Notes: generated by a model from the letters alone, not told the origin. A stretch of 64,000 nucleotides of DNA from Dehalococcoidia bacterium (GCA_045562575.1 JBJKVQ010000020.1:4041-68040), one strand, 5' to 3'. Positions 36,832 to 46,454 are shown, counted from the first letter of the stretch. Program-made: numbers and translations.

Positions 36832-37956
36832 ATGAAAGTGATAATAGCACCTCAAGCATTCAAAGGTTCTCTAGATGCGAAATCAGTCGCAGAAAATATC
36901 GAAATGGGTATTAGAGATGCGAATCCCGAGTTACAAACAGTGTGTATTCCTGTAGCAGACGGTGGCGATGGCACATTAGATGTATTAGTAAAATTTAATG
37001 ATGGTCAAACGTATACAGAAGAAGTTATTGGACCTACTGGTTCCCCTGTACTAGCAGAATGGGGAGTAATAGATAATAATACTGCAGTTATAGAAATGGC
37101 ATTAGCATCAGGACTATCAATATGTACAGACAAATATTTTGACCTTAGGGAGACCACAACCTTTGGAACAGGACAATTAATACGTGCAGCAGTAGAAAAG
37201 GGATACAAAACCATTATTATTGGATTGGGAGGTAGTGCTACTAACGACGGAGGAATTGGTGCAATTCAAGCTCTAGGAGTTAAATTTTTAGATATTCACA
37301 ATAAAGAACTATCTTATGGTGGTGCTGAATTAAAAAAATTATCTCATATAAATATTAATAATTTAAATCCTTCTTTAAAAGAAATTAAAATCATTATAGC
37401 TAGTGATGTAACTAATCCGTTATATGGTCCAACAGGTGCTTCATATGTTTTTGGTCCCCAAAAAGGAGGTACAACAGCTATTTTGGATGAATTAGAAGAA
37501 TCTCTGAAACATTTTAGCTCTGTAATAACACAACAAATGGGTATAAATTATTCAAACTACTCTGGTGCTGGTGCGGCTGGAGGACTTGCCTATGGTTTAA
37601 TGTCCTTTACTCAAGCAACAATAAAATCTGGATTCGACGTCATTTGTGAAAAGTTAGATTTTGACGAAAAAATCAAAGATGCTGATCTAATAATAACTGG
37701 TGAAGGTAGAACAGATGCATCTACTTTATATAATAAAGCACCTGTTGCGATTGCAAATAAAGCTAAACAATATAATATACCTGTAATATGTATTTCTGGG
37801 TCGATAGGCACAGGGTACGAACAAATTTTAAATCACGGTATTAGTAAAATAATTACTTTAGAAAACCATGCCAATTCAATAGAGGATAGTATACAAAATA
37901 CTGCTATTTATCTTAGAAAGACTGCAAAAGAATTTATCGAAACTACTATTAATTAA
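36832..37956 (+). CDS. glxK: Glycerate kinase
   Basis: 'MKVIIAPQAFKGSL', 'IPVADGGDGT', 'GLGGSATNDGGIG' and 'LIITGEGRTD'. Confidence 0.9.
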   Translation: MKVIIAPQAFKGSLDAKSVAENIEMGIRDANPELQTVCIPVADGGDGTLDVLVKFNDGQTYTEEVIGPTGSPVLAEWGVIDNNTAVIEMALASGLSICTDKYFDLRETTTFGTGQLIRAAVEKGYKTIIIGLGGSATNDGGIGAIQALGVKFLDIHNKELSYGGAELKKLSHININNLNPSLKEIKIIIASDVTNPLYGPTGASYVFGPQKGGTTAILDELEESLKHFSSVITQQMGINYSNYSGAGAAGGLAYGLMSFTQATIKSGFDVICEKLDFDEKIKDADLIITGEGRTDASTLYNKAPVAIANKAKQYNIPVICISGSIGTGYEQILNHGISKIITLENHANSIEDSIQNTAIYLRKTAKEFIETTIN

Positions 37957-39428
37957 TACTGTTTCAAGACTCTATTTCTTATTGCCTTGATCATACCTCT
38001 AAACATAAATATGTGTACTGGGAATAAACTATACCAATAAATTAATCCAAACAAGCCTTTAGGAGCAAAAAAAGCGGTTTGGGTCAATTGGCAATTATTT
38101 TCGTTTTCTACGATTTCATATTGCAACCAAGCTTTTCCCGGAACTTTCATTTCTGCTTTCAATCTAATTAATTTATTTTCTATTACTTTTTCAATTCTCC
38201 AAAAATCTAAAGCATCACCTTGATTTAGTACCAAAGGATCTCTCCTACCTCTTCGTAAACCAACTCCTCCAAAAAACAAATCTATATAACCTCTTATTTT
38301 CCATAAAAAATTGCCATATAACCAGCCAGTTTCACCACCTAGACTAGAAAGAAATTTAAATATGTCTGAAGATGATTTCTCTATGGTAATTATTTTTTTA
38401 TCATGTACCATACCTGATATTTCATTATAATCAACATCATCATCATTAAGTCGCAATATAGATTCAATCGAACCATCCTGACCATTACTAGAACTCAATG
38501 AGTCTGACCATGAAGTTTCAACATCTTGATCATTTAGATTTGATAAAGCAAGTTTTACTGCATCGTCATAGTCAATTAAAGAAATTTGGGGGAAATACTT
38601 TTGTGCTTTTAAGTCATGGACAATACTCTCATTTTTCAAACCTTCTACTAAAGGTCTAGTAATTTTTGCAGAGACTGGAGTTGTCCAATGTATCCAATAA
38701 GAAGAAAGTTTTGGAGTCAAAACTGGAACAGGGATTAACAAGCGCCGTAGCCCTCTTATTAATGCATATTTTTTAATCATATCACCATAACTTAGTACAT
38801 CTTCTCCACCGATTTCAAATACAGAGTTTTTTGGCATATCAGTTGAAATAGAGTGAATCAGATATTCTAATACATTTTCAACTGAAATAGGTTGTGTTTT
38901 TGTATATACCCATTTAGGGCATATCATAATTGGTAATCTTTCGGTTAGGTTTCTAATAATTTCAAATGACAAGCTACCCGAACCAACAATTACACCAGAT
39001 CTAAATTCAGTAACATCAACCTCTGAATTACGCAATATCTCTCCAGTTTGTTGTCTAGATAATAAATGCATCGAAAGGTTATCAGATACTTCCCCTAAAC
39101 CTCCAAGATAGATAATCTTTTTTAGTTTTTCCGATTCTGCAACATCTACAAAGTTTTGAGCGGCTTGTATATCAGCTTGATTAAAGTTTTTTCCTTGCGA
39201 TAAACTATGAATTAAATAAAAAGCTGCATCAATATCAGTGAATAAACCATCAAGAGAGTCTTTATCTAAAACGTCTCCTGTGAATATCTCAACTTGTGAA
39301 TACCAAGATCTATTTTGAATTCGATCAGGGTTTCTAGCTAAAATTCTCACATCAAATCCAAGTTGTAAAAGCTTTGGAATTAATCTTCCGCCAACGTATC
39401 CTGTAGCTCCTGTAACTAATATCTTCAT
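37953..39428 (-). CDS. NAD(P)H-binding (atypical SDR/NmrA-like) protein with a C-terminal DUF2867 domain
   Basis: 'MKILVTGATGYVGGRL' Rossmann start. The C-terminal roughly 150 aa ('DFWRIEKV...WLQYEI...') fit the known NAD-binding + DUF2867 architecture. Confidence 0.78.
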   Translation of the reverse strand: MKILVTGATGYVGGRLIPKLLQLGFDVRILARNPDRIQNRSWYSQVEIFTGDVLDKDSLDGLFTDIDAAFYLIHSLSQGKNFNQADIQAAQNFVDVAESEKLKKIIYLGGLGEVSDNLSMHLLSRQQTGEILRNSEVDVTEFRSGVIVGSGSLSFEIIRNLTERLPIMICPKWVYTKTQPISVENVLEYLIHSISTDMPKNSVFEIGGEDVLSYGDMIKKYALIRGLRRLLIPVPVLTPKLSSYWIHWTTPVSAKITRPLVEGLKNESIVHDLKAQKYFPQISLIDYDDAVKLALSNLNDQDVETSWSDSLSSSNGQDGSIESILRLNDDDVDYNEISGMVHDKKIITIEKSSSDIFKFLSSLGGETGWLYGNFLWKIRGYIDLFFGGVGLRRGRRDPLVLNQGDALDFWRIEKVIENKLIRLKAEMKVPGKAWLQYEIVENENNCQLTQTAFFAPKGLFGLIYWYSLFPVHIFMFRGMIKAIRNRVLKQY

Positions 39429-39457
39429 ATATTAATTATAACGTAAAACATGAAGTA

Positions 39458-39540
39458 TGCCGAGGGCGAGACTCGAACTCGCACGTCTTTTAGGACAATG
39501 GATTTTAAGTCCACCGCGTCTACCATTCCGCCACCTCGGC
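39458..39540 (-). tRNA. tRNA-Leu (anticodon TAA), no encoded CCA
   Basis: The reverse complement reads GCCGAGGTGGCGGAATGGTAGACGC...GGACTTAAAATCC...long variable arm...GCGAGTTCGAGTCTCGCCCTCGGCA. The anticodon loop is CTTAAAA. Confidence 0.95.
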
Positions 39541-39571
39541 TCAAACTACATCATAATGTTAATGAATAGTA

Positions 39572-40906
39572 TCAATTTGAATTGGAAAGTGCAATTATTT
39601 TGGATATATTATCAACATTTTCTAGATTATTTAAATCTTCCCATAGTTCCTCTGCTTTATGTTCACTCATTATTCTAGTAGCACAATAGCAGAACTTTTC
39701 TTTTCGTTGTTCTATAGACATAGGGTTTTCTGTAGATCCTTGGAAATCTAAACAACTACCTGATATTTCGGTTCCATTTTCCAAAGTTGCTGAAACTATT
39801 GCTGTAGTTCTTGTAGATTTACCATTATTTGCATATGTTACATTTGGTAGAAGGTTTTCAACATCTGTTGAAAATCTTCTTTTATCACTAAAGCTTTCTA
39901 TATTTATCACCCCATCCAATATTGCAACAGTAGCGCAATACCATGCACTAAATTTTCCATCTAGTCCTGACCTAGGTATTGGACCTGAATGACCAGGATT
40001 ACTTGTTTCAATGTGAATTTTAACAACTTTTGAAGGATCAAAATTATTATTATTTCTGAGGTTTAATGCAGCTTCAATTGGACGTTGCATATTTATTTGT
40101 GCAGGAAATCTTTTAATGTCGAATCCAGGATCAATTAATGAAAATCTTGTACCTAAATCTTTTAAGAAAATATCCCAATTAACTTTACCATTAAATATAG
40201 CATCACTATATCCATTTTCTGTTTCAAAAATATTTTTCGTGCTGGTAAATCCACATTCAACAAGTAGTGCAGACTCCACTCCCATTCGTGCTGCATTTGC
40301 AGGATGTGTAGATTTAACCATGGTGCCAGTATTTGCAGTTAGTCCTCCTGTTCTAGAAGCAGCAATACCTAAACACAGTTCTGTTTTATTACTATCAAAA
40401 TTTAGTGCCTTAGAAGAAGCTACACTAGCACCTAATGGACCAAATAATCCTGGAGGATGATATGCACCATTAGTAACTCCTTCTGTAGATAGTCTCATTC
40501 TTGCCTGAATTTCCCATCCAAGGATATATGAAAGTATTAACTGTTTCCCAGTAATACCGCGATTTTCACCTAATGCTAAAGCTGATGGAAGACATGAAGA
40601 AGTACCATGTGTTGCAGGGTGACCCTGAATTTCATAATCAAGACAATGACCGGAAACACCATTGATAAAAGCTGCTAATAACGTACTTGTTTGATAATTA
40701 TGACCTATAACAGTTGATTGGTTGTTGCCACCTAAAGAATTGACATATTGGGACACCAAACCTGAAACTTCTTGGGTTGATCCAGCCATCATATTAGCAA
40801 ACCCGTCTAGTATGGGAATTTTAGCTATATCAATAAGTTCTGAAGATAGATCAGAAAATTGGATATCTGAAACAAATTCAGAAAAGACCTTTGTAGGATT
40901 ACTCAT
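39572..40906 (-). CDS. MmgE/PrpD-family protein (2-methylcitrate dehydratase-like)
   Basis: 444 aa. Pattern 'DGFANMMAG', 'LAAFINGVSGHCLDYE', 'HP...LFGPLGA'. SD AGGAG lies 7 nt upstream. Confidence 0.85.
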   Translation of the reverse strand: MSNPTKVFSEFVSDIQFSDLSSELIDIAKIPILDGFANMMAGSTQEVSGLVSQYVNSLGGNNQSTVIGHNYQTSTLLAAFINGVSGHCLDYEIQGHPATHGTSSCLPSALALGENRGITGKQLILSYILGWEIQARMRLSTEGVTNGAYHPPGLFGPLGASVASSKALNFDSNKTELCLGIAASRTGGLTANTGTMVKSTHPANAARMGVESALLVECGFTSTKNIFETENGYSDAIFNGKVNWDIFLKDLGTRFSLIDPGFDIKRFPAQINMQRPIEAALNLRNNNNFDPSKVVKIHIETSNPGHSGPIPRSGLDGKFSAWYCATVAILDGVINIESFSDKRRFSTDVENLLPNVTYANNGKSTRTTAIVSATLENGTEISGSCLDFQGSTENPMSIEQRKEKFCYCATRIMSEHKAEELWEDLNNLENVDNISKIIALSNSN

Positions 40907-40917
40907 AATTTACTCCT

Positions 40918-40956
40918 AAAAATATATAGGCCTAAGAGAATTCTTAGGCCTATATA
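40918..40956 (-). terminator. Rho-independent terminator (14-bp perfect stem, 6-nt loop, T5 tract on the minus strand)
   Basis: TATATAGGCCTAAG-AGAATT-CTTAGGCCTATATA at 40923-40956, followed on the minus strand by TTTTT (40918-40922). It lies 24 nt after the ACAD stop and directly abuts the AGGAG of the PrpD-like gene. Confidence 0.7.
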
Positions 40957-40979
40957 AAACTTATCTTAATTAAGATCAA

Positions 40980-42140
40980 TTAAGCTGGAAGTGCCTGAAT
41001 CATACCTAACTCAACGTTTCCTGGTGTATCAATTATTCCTTCTGCTACTCTAGCGCGATGCTCAAAGGTTGAACCCATTCTCATTGACCAAGAAGCTACT
41101 CGTCTGTACCACAAATGAATATCAAATTCCATCATGAAGCCCATGCCACCATGAATCATTTGTGAATAAACAGTAACGTGTTGTAACTTGTCATTACAGA
41201 ATGCTTTAGCTTGTGAAACTTCTACCTGGTAGGTCTGACCTTGGTCGATTTTCCAAATTGCTTCACGGGTAAGTAATTCACCACCATCGATATACATAAC
41301 TGCATCAGCTAACATGTGTGCAACTGATTGAAAAGCACCAATCGGTCGACCAAAAGCTACACGATTTTTTGAATAATCAAGAGCCATTTCAAAATCTTTT
41401 CTTGCAGCACCACACATTTGGCTAGCATAAAAAACAGCTCCTAAATCTAGCATATACTCAGCTGTAGTCCATCCTTTGTCGATTTCTCCAATCAAACTAT
41501 CGGCTGATACTTTCACATTGTCAAAAATTACTGCAAACTGTTTATCTTTTGCTGTTGGAACTTCTTTTTCTGTAGAAATTCCTGCTGCACCAGTATCAAC
41601 TAAAAATAGTCCTAATCCTTTACCTGTATTAGCTGTAACTATCAATTTGTCTGCTTGATTAAAATTATCAACAAATAATTTTTTTCCGTTGAGAACATAA
41701 TCAGACCCATCAGCAGTAGCTGTGGTTTTAACAGCGGATTCTATCAAACGAGGATCAGTTTCTTGGAATGAATATGTCAATATAAGATCACCAGATGCAA
41801 CTTGAGGAAGTATATCGCTCTTCATAGCCTCTGATCCATCTTTAGCAATAGTCAAAGCTGCAACCATAGTACTAAGCAAAGGAACTGGGGCCATATGTCG
41901 ACCAACTTCTTCGAAAATTAATCCTAAAAACTGTAAAGGCTCACCAAGTCCTCCATATTGTTCTGGCAAAGACAAAGCTGTCCAACCCAATTCAGAGGCT
42001 ACTCTTTTCCACATATCCTGGGAATAGCCTAACTCATCTTTTTCCATATCTCTTACTAAACTTGTAGGACATTCGCCCTGTAAGAATTCTCTAGCAAGAT
42101 TACGTATCATTTCTTCATTTTCAGATAACAAGACATCCAT
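40980..42140 (-). CDS. Acyl-CoA dehydrogenase family protein (386 aa)
   Basis: ACAD N, middle and C domains ('YSFQETDP', 'NGKKLFV', 'QMIHGGMGFMMEFDIHLWYRR'). Confidence 0.9.
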   Translation of the reverse strand: MDVLLSENEEMIRNLAREFLQGECPTSLVRDMEKDELGYSQDMWKRVASELGWTALSLPEQYGGLGEPLQFLGLIFEEVGRHMAPVPLLSTMVAALTIAKDGSEAMKSDILPQVASGDLILTYSFQETDPRLIESAVKTTATADGSDYVLNGKKLFVDNFNQADKLIVTANTGKGLGLFLVDTGAAGISTEKEVPTAKDKQFAVIFDNVKVSADSLIGEIDKGWTTAEYMLDLGAVFYASQMCGAARKDFEMALDYSKNRVAFGRPIGAFQSVAHMLADAVMYIDGGELLTREAIWKIDQGQTYQVEVSQAKAFCNDKLQHVTVYSQMIHGGMGFMMEFDIHLWYRRVASWSMRMGSTFEHRARVAEGIIDTPGNVELGMIQALPA

Positions 42141-42194
42141 TAGATCACCTTCTTGATATAATTAAATTTGTAATAGTTGTTGCTTAGAGAATTA

Positions 42195-43397
42195 TTATCC
42201 TCTTGGGAGGCCTAATCCACGTCTTGCAACTTGATCTCTCATAATTTGAACACTTCCATGGTTAATCCCTGATTGGAATGCACCAAGAAGATTATGAGCA
42301 AACAAACCACTTTCAACATTATTTGATGAAGTATTTAATAGCTGTCCATAAGGTCCAAGCATTTGTGCATAGGCCTCTGTTGCACGCAATCCATGCTCTG
42401 GAGCCCATACTTTTTCTGCAGAACCTTCATAAGTGAAGTTTCCTCCAGATTCAACAATTGACATACTTCTCCAAGTCATCAAACGACATACTTGAGCTTC
42501 AATCCACATTTCTGCAACTTTATCACGTACAGTAGGATTATTTTTAATATTAAGATATTCAGCTGAATCATTTTTAGCTAGATTAACAATATCTTCATCT
42601 CTTCGTACTGAAATAAGATAACGTGATGCTCCAACTCTATCCAAATTCAATCCCATAGCTCCAACATACCAACCCATATTCAATTCACCCAACAAACTAC
42701 TTTTTGGAATTCGAACATTTTCATAAAAAGTTTCGTTAGTTCTTGGTGTACCGTAAGTTGTACCTTCAGGAGCAGGAGGGTCATTTTGTATTGTCCATAA
42801 AGGTCGTACGGTAATACCAGGAGTATCCATAGGAAGCAAGAAAATAGAAATACCCCTATGCTTAGGAGCTTCTGGATCTGTTCTTGCCATTAAATACAAA
42901 TGGGTAGAAACATGAGCTGAGGAGGTGTAAATCTTTTGACCATTAATGACAAAGTCATCTCCATCTTCAACTGCCCTACATTGTAAAGATGCTAGGTCTG
43001 CACCTCCACTTGGTTCGGTAAAACCTTGAGCAAAACTAATCTCACCCTTAATAATTCCTGGGATATAATAGTCTTTTTGTTCTTGTGTTCCTGCAGCCAT
43101 AATAGCTGGGGCTCCACTACCACCACCACCAACTGATAAACCAACTCTTGCAAATTCTTCTTCTACGAGATACTGAGTTAAACGATCACCGCCTTGACCA
43201 CCATATTCTTTTGGCCAAGAGATACCTAACCAACCTCGTTCACCTATTTTCTTAAATAATTCATTCATCAAAGGACCTCTACCGTCTTCACCACGGCCGT
43301 GAACCTCTTCGACGACGTCTTGAGTCATGTTTTCTGCTATAAAATCACGAACGTCTTGACGCAAAGCCTGTTGGGAGCTAGCATACCCAAAATCCAT
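42195..43397 (-). CDS. Acyl-CoA dehydrogenase family protein (400 aa)
   Basis: 'FAQGFTEPSGGADLASL', 'INGQKIYTSSAH', 'YEGSAEKVW' and the C-terminal 'RDQVARRGLGLPRG'. Confidence 0.9.
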   Translation of the reverse strand: MDFGYASSQQALRQDVRDFIAENMTQDVVEEVHGRGEDGRGPLMNELFKKIGERGWLGISWPKEYGGQGGDRLTQYLVEEEFARVGLSVGGGGSGAPAIMAAGTQEQKDYYIPGIIKGEISFAQGFTEPSGGADLASLQCRAVEDGDDFVINGQKIYTSSAHVSTHLYLMARTDPEAPKHRGISIFLLPMDTPGITVRPLWTIQNDPPAPEGTTYGTPRTNETFYENVRIPKSSLLGELNMGWYVGAMGLNLDRVGASRYLISVRRDEDIVNLAKNDSAEYLNIKNNPTVRDKVAEMWIEAQVCRLMTWRSMSIVESGGNFTYEGSAEKVWAPEHGLRATEAYAQMLGPYGQLLNTSSNNVESGLFAHNLLGAFQSGINHGSVQIMRDQVARRGLGLPRG

Positions 43398-43551
43398 ATC
43401 GAACCTCCAAAACTATTATAATTCAATAAATAATTTACTTTAGTACTTTGTTGTCAGCATATTTTGCACCTCTGATTATAGTATGTCAATAGAAAAGAAG
43501 TGTTAAGAATATACTGCTTATATTCTACTACGAATTTTATTAATCTTAAAG

Positions 43552-44061
43552 CTATAAAATATCCCTATTCTCCAAACTAATTAAATATTCCTTAGAATGT
43601 ATCCCCCCACCATAACCTACAAGCTTACCCGACTTTCCAATTACTCTATGACACGGAATAATTATGCTTATTGGATTAAGACTATTTGCATGACCAATTG
43701 CCCTAACCGATTTAATATTCCCTATGTTTTGAGCCTGTTCCGAATAACTAATTGTCATCCCATAGGGTATTTGTAATAGCGAATTCCAGGCGTTAATTTG
43801 AAAATCTGTGCCTTCATAATATATTGGTAAATCAAATACTGTTCTTTCTCTAGAAAAATATTGTCCTATTTGTAATTCAGTAAGATTAATTAAGCTATTT
43901 TCTTGAGACAATGCAGAGTCAAATAATTGTTGAAAATGATTAAGTTTTTTTTCATACACAACTGCTCGCAAATGGGTTTTGTCTGTTAATAGATACAAAT
44001 AACCGAGTGGAGAGTTTATTTTTTTATAAAAGTATTCACTCATATTCTTTCCCAGTTTCAT
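43552..44061 (-). CDS. ogt: Methylated-DNA--protein-cysteine methyltransferase
   Basis: 'TISYSEQAQNIGN...RAIGHANSLNPISIIIPCHRVIGKSGKLVGYGGG' (PCHRV active site). The start may be the ATG at 44043. Confidence 0.9.
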   Translation of the reverse strand: MKLGKNMSEYFYKKINSPLGYLYLLTDKTHLRAVVYEKKLNHFQQLFDSALSQENSLINLTELQIGQYFSRERTVFDLPIYYEGTDFQINAWNSLLQIPYGMTISYSEQAQNIGNIKSVRAIGHANSLNPISIIIPCHRVIGKSGKLVGYGGGIHSKEYLISLENRDIL

Positions 44062-44132
44062 TAAATCTTAAATTTGTTTTTTAAAAAATAATAGTTTCTG
44101 GCAAATGAGCCTTCAAGAGAAAAAATAATATC

Positions 44133-45518
44133 TCAAGAGAGAAACTGGTCAAATTCTTCTGGAATTATAATATCGCCCCATTGTTTCTTAAGGGCACTCC
44201 ATGCACGAATCGTTGCATTTTGAGCTTCGTTTATTACTTCTTCTTCATCCATGGTTAAAACTTTACCTTCTTTCATAACCCATTCACCATCCACAATAAC
44301 GGACTCTACGTCTGATGCCTGTCCATAATGAACTAAAGTAGATAAGGTATCGATCACTGGAGATAAGTGTGGTCTATCTAAACGAACTATAGATATGTCC
44401 GCCTTCATATTTTTACTAATTCTCCCTAAATCTTCTCGTTCTAACGAATATGCTGGGTTTATAGTAGCCCAGTTAAAAATTTCTTTAGGTGTTGGAATTC
44501 CTGTATCTTCACGCATACCTCTATTTAAAATTAAACCAACTCTCATTGCTTCAAACATATCTTCTGACATGTTATCTGTACCTAGAGTTACATTTACACC
44601 CAAATCCACTAAGCCTGGCATATTGGCTAATGCATGATACCCTCTTCTTGCGCTGGATGCTGGACAGTGTGCCATCGATGTACCAGTCTCAGACAAAAGC
44701 CCGATATCAGAAGTAGTACAGTATGTACAATGTGCTGCTAAAACATCTCTTCCTAGCCAGTCATTTTCAAGCAAATATTCAACAGGCGTTTTACCTTCTG
44801 CCATAGATTTGACTTGAGTGACTTCTTGCTCTGATTGCGCTAAATGTATAGTTCGCCTTAAACCTTTAGAATGCGCTATATCATTAAGTTCTCTTAGTAA
44901 CCATGGAGAACAATTATCAGTTGCATGAGCAGCTACCATACATTGAACCCTATTATTTTTTGTCGCATGATGATTATCAATTAATTCGAGTGTTCTCTTT
45001 AGAAAAGCATCACCCCAGGACTTATCATACCTATAACCTGTAGTTCGAATTTCTGTTGTAACTGCATCTGCTGCTGATTCTGCTAAATATAATCTAAGAC
45101 CAGTATTTGCCATAGTTTCAGCATAAGAATTAACAAACCTTAATGGATCTACCATTGTTGTTGTTCCTGACTTTATAGCTTCCAAGCATCCTACTGCCGC
45201 TAAAGCTTTTCTATCCTCATCAGTCATAACAAAAGAAATTGGAACCATATATCCATAAACCCTATCGGCAGAACCGGCATTTTCAATTGCACCTCTTAAA
45301 ACATTTAACACTGAGTGTGTATGATTATTTATAAGTCCAGGTATAATTAATCGATTTTTCAAAACATGTTTATCAAAATTCTGATACTTAGATTCAAGAA
45401 GATCAGAATCACCTACATCAATAATTTTATCGTTATCTATAGCAACTGAGCCATTAGTTATAACTTTATCATTTTGTTCCCCAGTAATGATTGTTGCACG
45501 TGTAAGCAATATACCCAT
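44133..45518 (-). CDS. Amidohydrolase-1 family deaminase/chlorohydrolase-like enzyme
   Basis: 'IIPGLINNHTHS' (HxH), 'HLAQSEQEV', 'AAHCTY' and 'TLGTDN' metal-ligand pattern, as in MtaD/SsnA/guanine deaminase relatives. Confidence 0.85.
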   Translation of the reverse strand: MGILLTRATIITGEQNDKVITNGSVAIDNDKIIDVGDSDLLESKYQNFDKHVLKNRLIIPGLINNHTHSVLNVLRGAIENAGSADRVYGYMVPISFVMTDEDRKALAAVGCLEAIKSGTTTMVDPLRFVNSYAETMANTGLRLYLAESAADAVTTEIRTTGYRYDKSWGDAFLKRTLELIDNHHATKNNRVQCMVAAHATDNCSPWLLRELNDIAHSKGLRRTIHLAQSEQEVTQVKSMAEGKTPVEYLLENDWLGRDVLAAHCTYCTTSDIGLLSETGTSMAHCPASSARRGYHALANMPGLVDLGVNVTLGTDNMSEDMFEAMRVGLILNRGMREDTGIPTPKEIFNWATINPAYSLEREDLGRISKNMKADISIVRLDRPHLSPVIDTLSTLVHYGQASDVESVIVDGEWVMKEGKVLTMDEEEVINEAQNATIRAWSALKKQWGDIIIPEEFDQFLS

Positions 45519-45529
45519 TTCAATATCCT

Positions 45530-46225
45530 TTATGTTAAGTCTTTAAGTTCTACTGCTGCATCAGGATCTTTGGGTCTCATTAAAAAGTAATCCAATCTTC
45601 TTCTGTAGAGATCTAATATCCTTCGTAGCTCTTTGACAGCTGTACTATGTTCGTCAACCCGTAAATCTACCCGAGCAAAAGTATCATGGCCATAAACTAA
45701 AATTGCTGCAGAGTGATACGGTGTCATATCTTCAATTTCACCACCTGCATCCAATCCTGATTCTAAACTTAGCATTAATCTTTGTTCTAAATCTTCATCT
45801 GCATTACTTTCAAAAGTTTCTGCCATAGCATCAATTACGTTTATTCCTACTAAACCATTGCCTAAAGCAATGTAATTATCACCCTCGCGGTGACCTGCCC
45901 ATGCTCCATTTAATTCTCCACTTCGAGCTGCAGTACGACCATCAATGTCGATAATACCAATTTGTCTACGTTCAATATATGGATCAGATTTGGATAATTC
46001 ATTCATAGTAGCTTGTGCAGAATAGCCAGTTGAAAGGAGTTTCAGTGCAAACTTACCTAAACGAGGATCAGTAGATGCCTGTGTTGTAATAGCTCCTACA
46101 TTAGGTTGTACGTGAGGGCATCTTGAACCAACGCATAAGTCTGAGGTAGTTACAGCAACGCCAAACATCCCTGTTCTGCTACATCTCCCCACAATCGAAA
46201 AAGTACTACTATCTATACCTATCAT
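45530..46225 (-). CDS. DUF1028 (Ntn-hydrolase-like) protein
   Basis: 'TFSIVGRCSRTGMFGVAVTTSDLCVGSRCPHVQPNVGAITTQASTDPRLG' matches the characteristic DUF1028 N-terminus. Confidence 0.8.
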   Translation of the reverse strand: MIGIDSSTFSIVGRCSRTGMFGVAVTTSDLCVGSRCPHVQPNVGAITTQASTDPRLGKFALKLLSTGYSAQATMNELSKSDPYIERRQIGIIDIDGRTAARSGELNGAWAGHREGDNYIALGNGLVGINVIDAMAETFESNADEDLEQRLMLSLESGLDAGGEIEDMTPYHSAAILVYGHDTFARVDLRVDEHSTAVKELRRILDLYRRRLDYFLMRPKDPDAAVELKDLT

Positions 46226-46260
46226 TACACACCTACAGTCAGATTTATTCGGAAAATTGA

Positions 46261-46337
46261 TGGAGGCGACGGCGGGATTCGAACCCGCGAATAGAGGTTT
46301 TGCAGACCCCGGCCTTAGACCACTTGGCTACGTCGCC
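46261..46337 (-). tRNA. tRNA-Cys (anticodon GCA), CCA encoded
   Basis: The reverse complement reads GGCGACGTAGCCAAGTGGTCTAAGGCCGGGGTCTGCAAAACCTC...GCGGGTTCGAATCCCGCCGTCGCCTCCA. The anticodon loop is CTGCAAA. Confidence 0.95.
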
Positions 46338-46357
46338 ATAATAAATTCTTTTTTTAA

Positions 46358-46441
46358 TGCCGAGGAGGAGACTTGAACTCCTACGAGCTTTCGCTCACGG
46401 CCCCCTCAAGACCGCGTGTCTACCGATTCCACCACCTCGGC
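46358..46441 (-). tRNA. tRNA-Leu (anticodon GAG), no encoded CCA
   Basis: The reverse complement reads GCCGAGGTGGTGGAATCGGTAGACACGCGGTCTTGAGGGGGCCG...long variable arm...GGAGTTCAAGTCTCCTCCTCGGCA. The anticodon loop is TTGAGGG. Confidence 0.93.
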
Positions 46442-46454
46442 CCATGGATTTATC

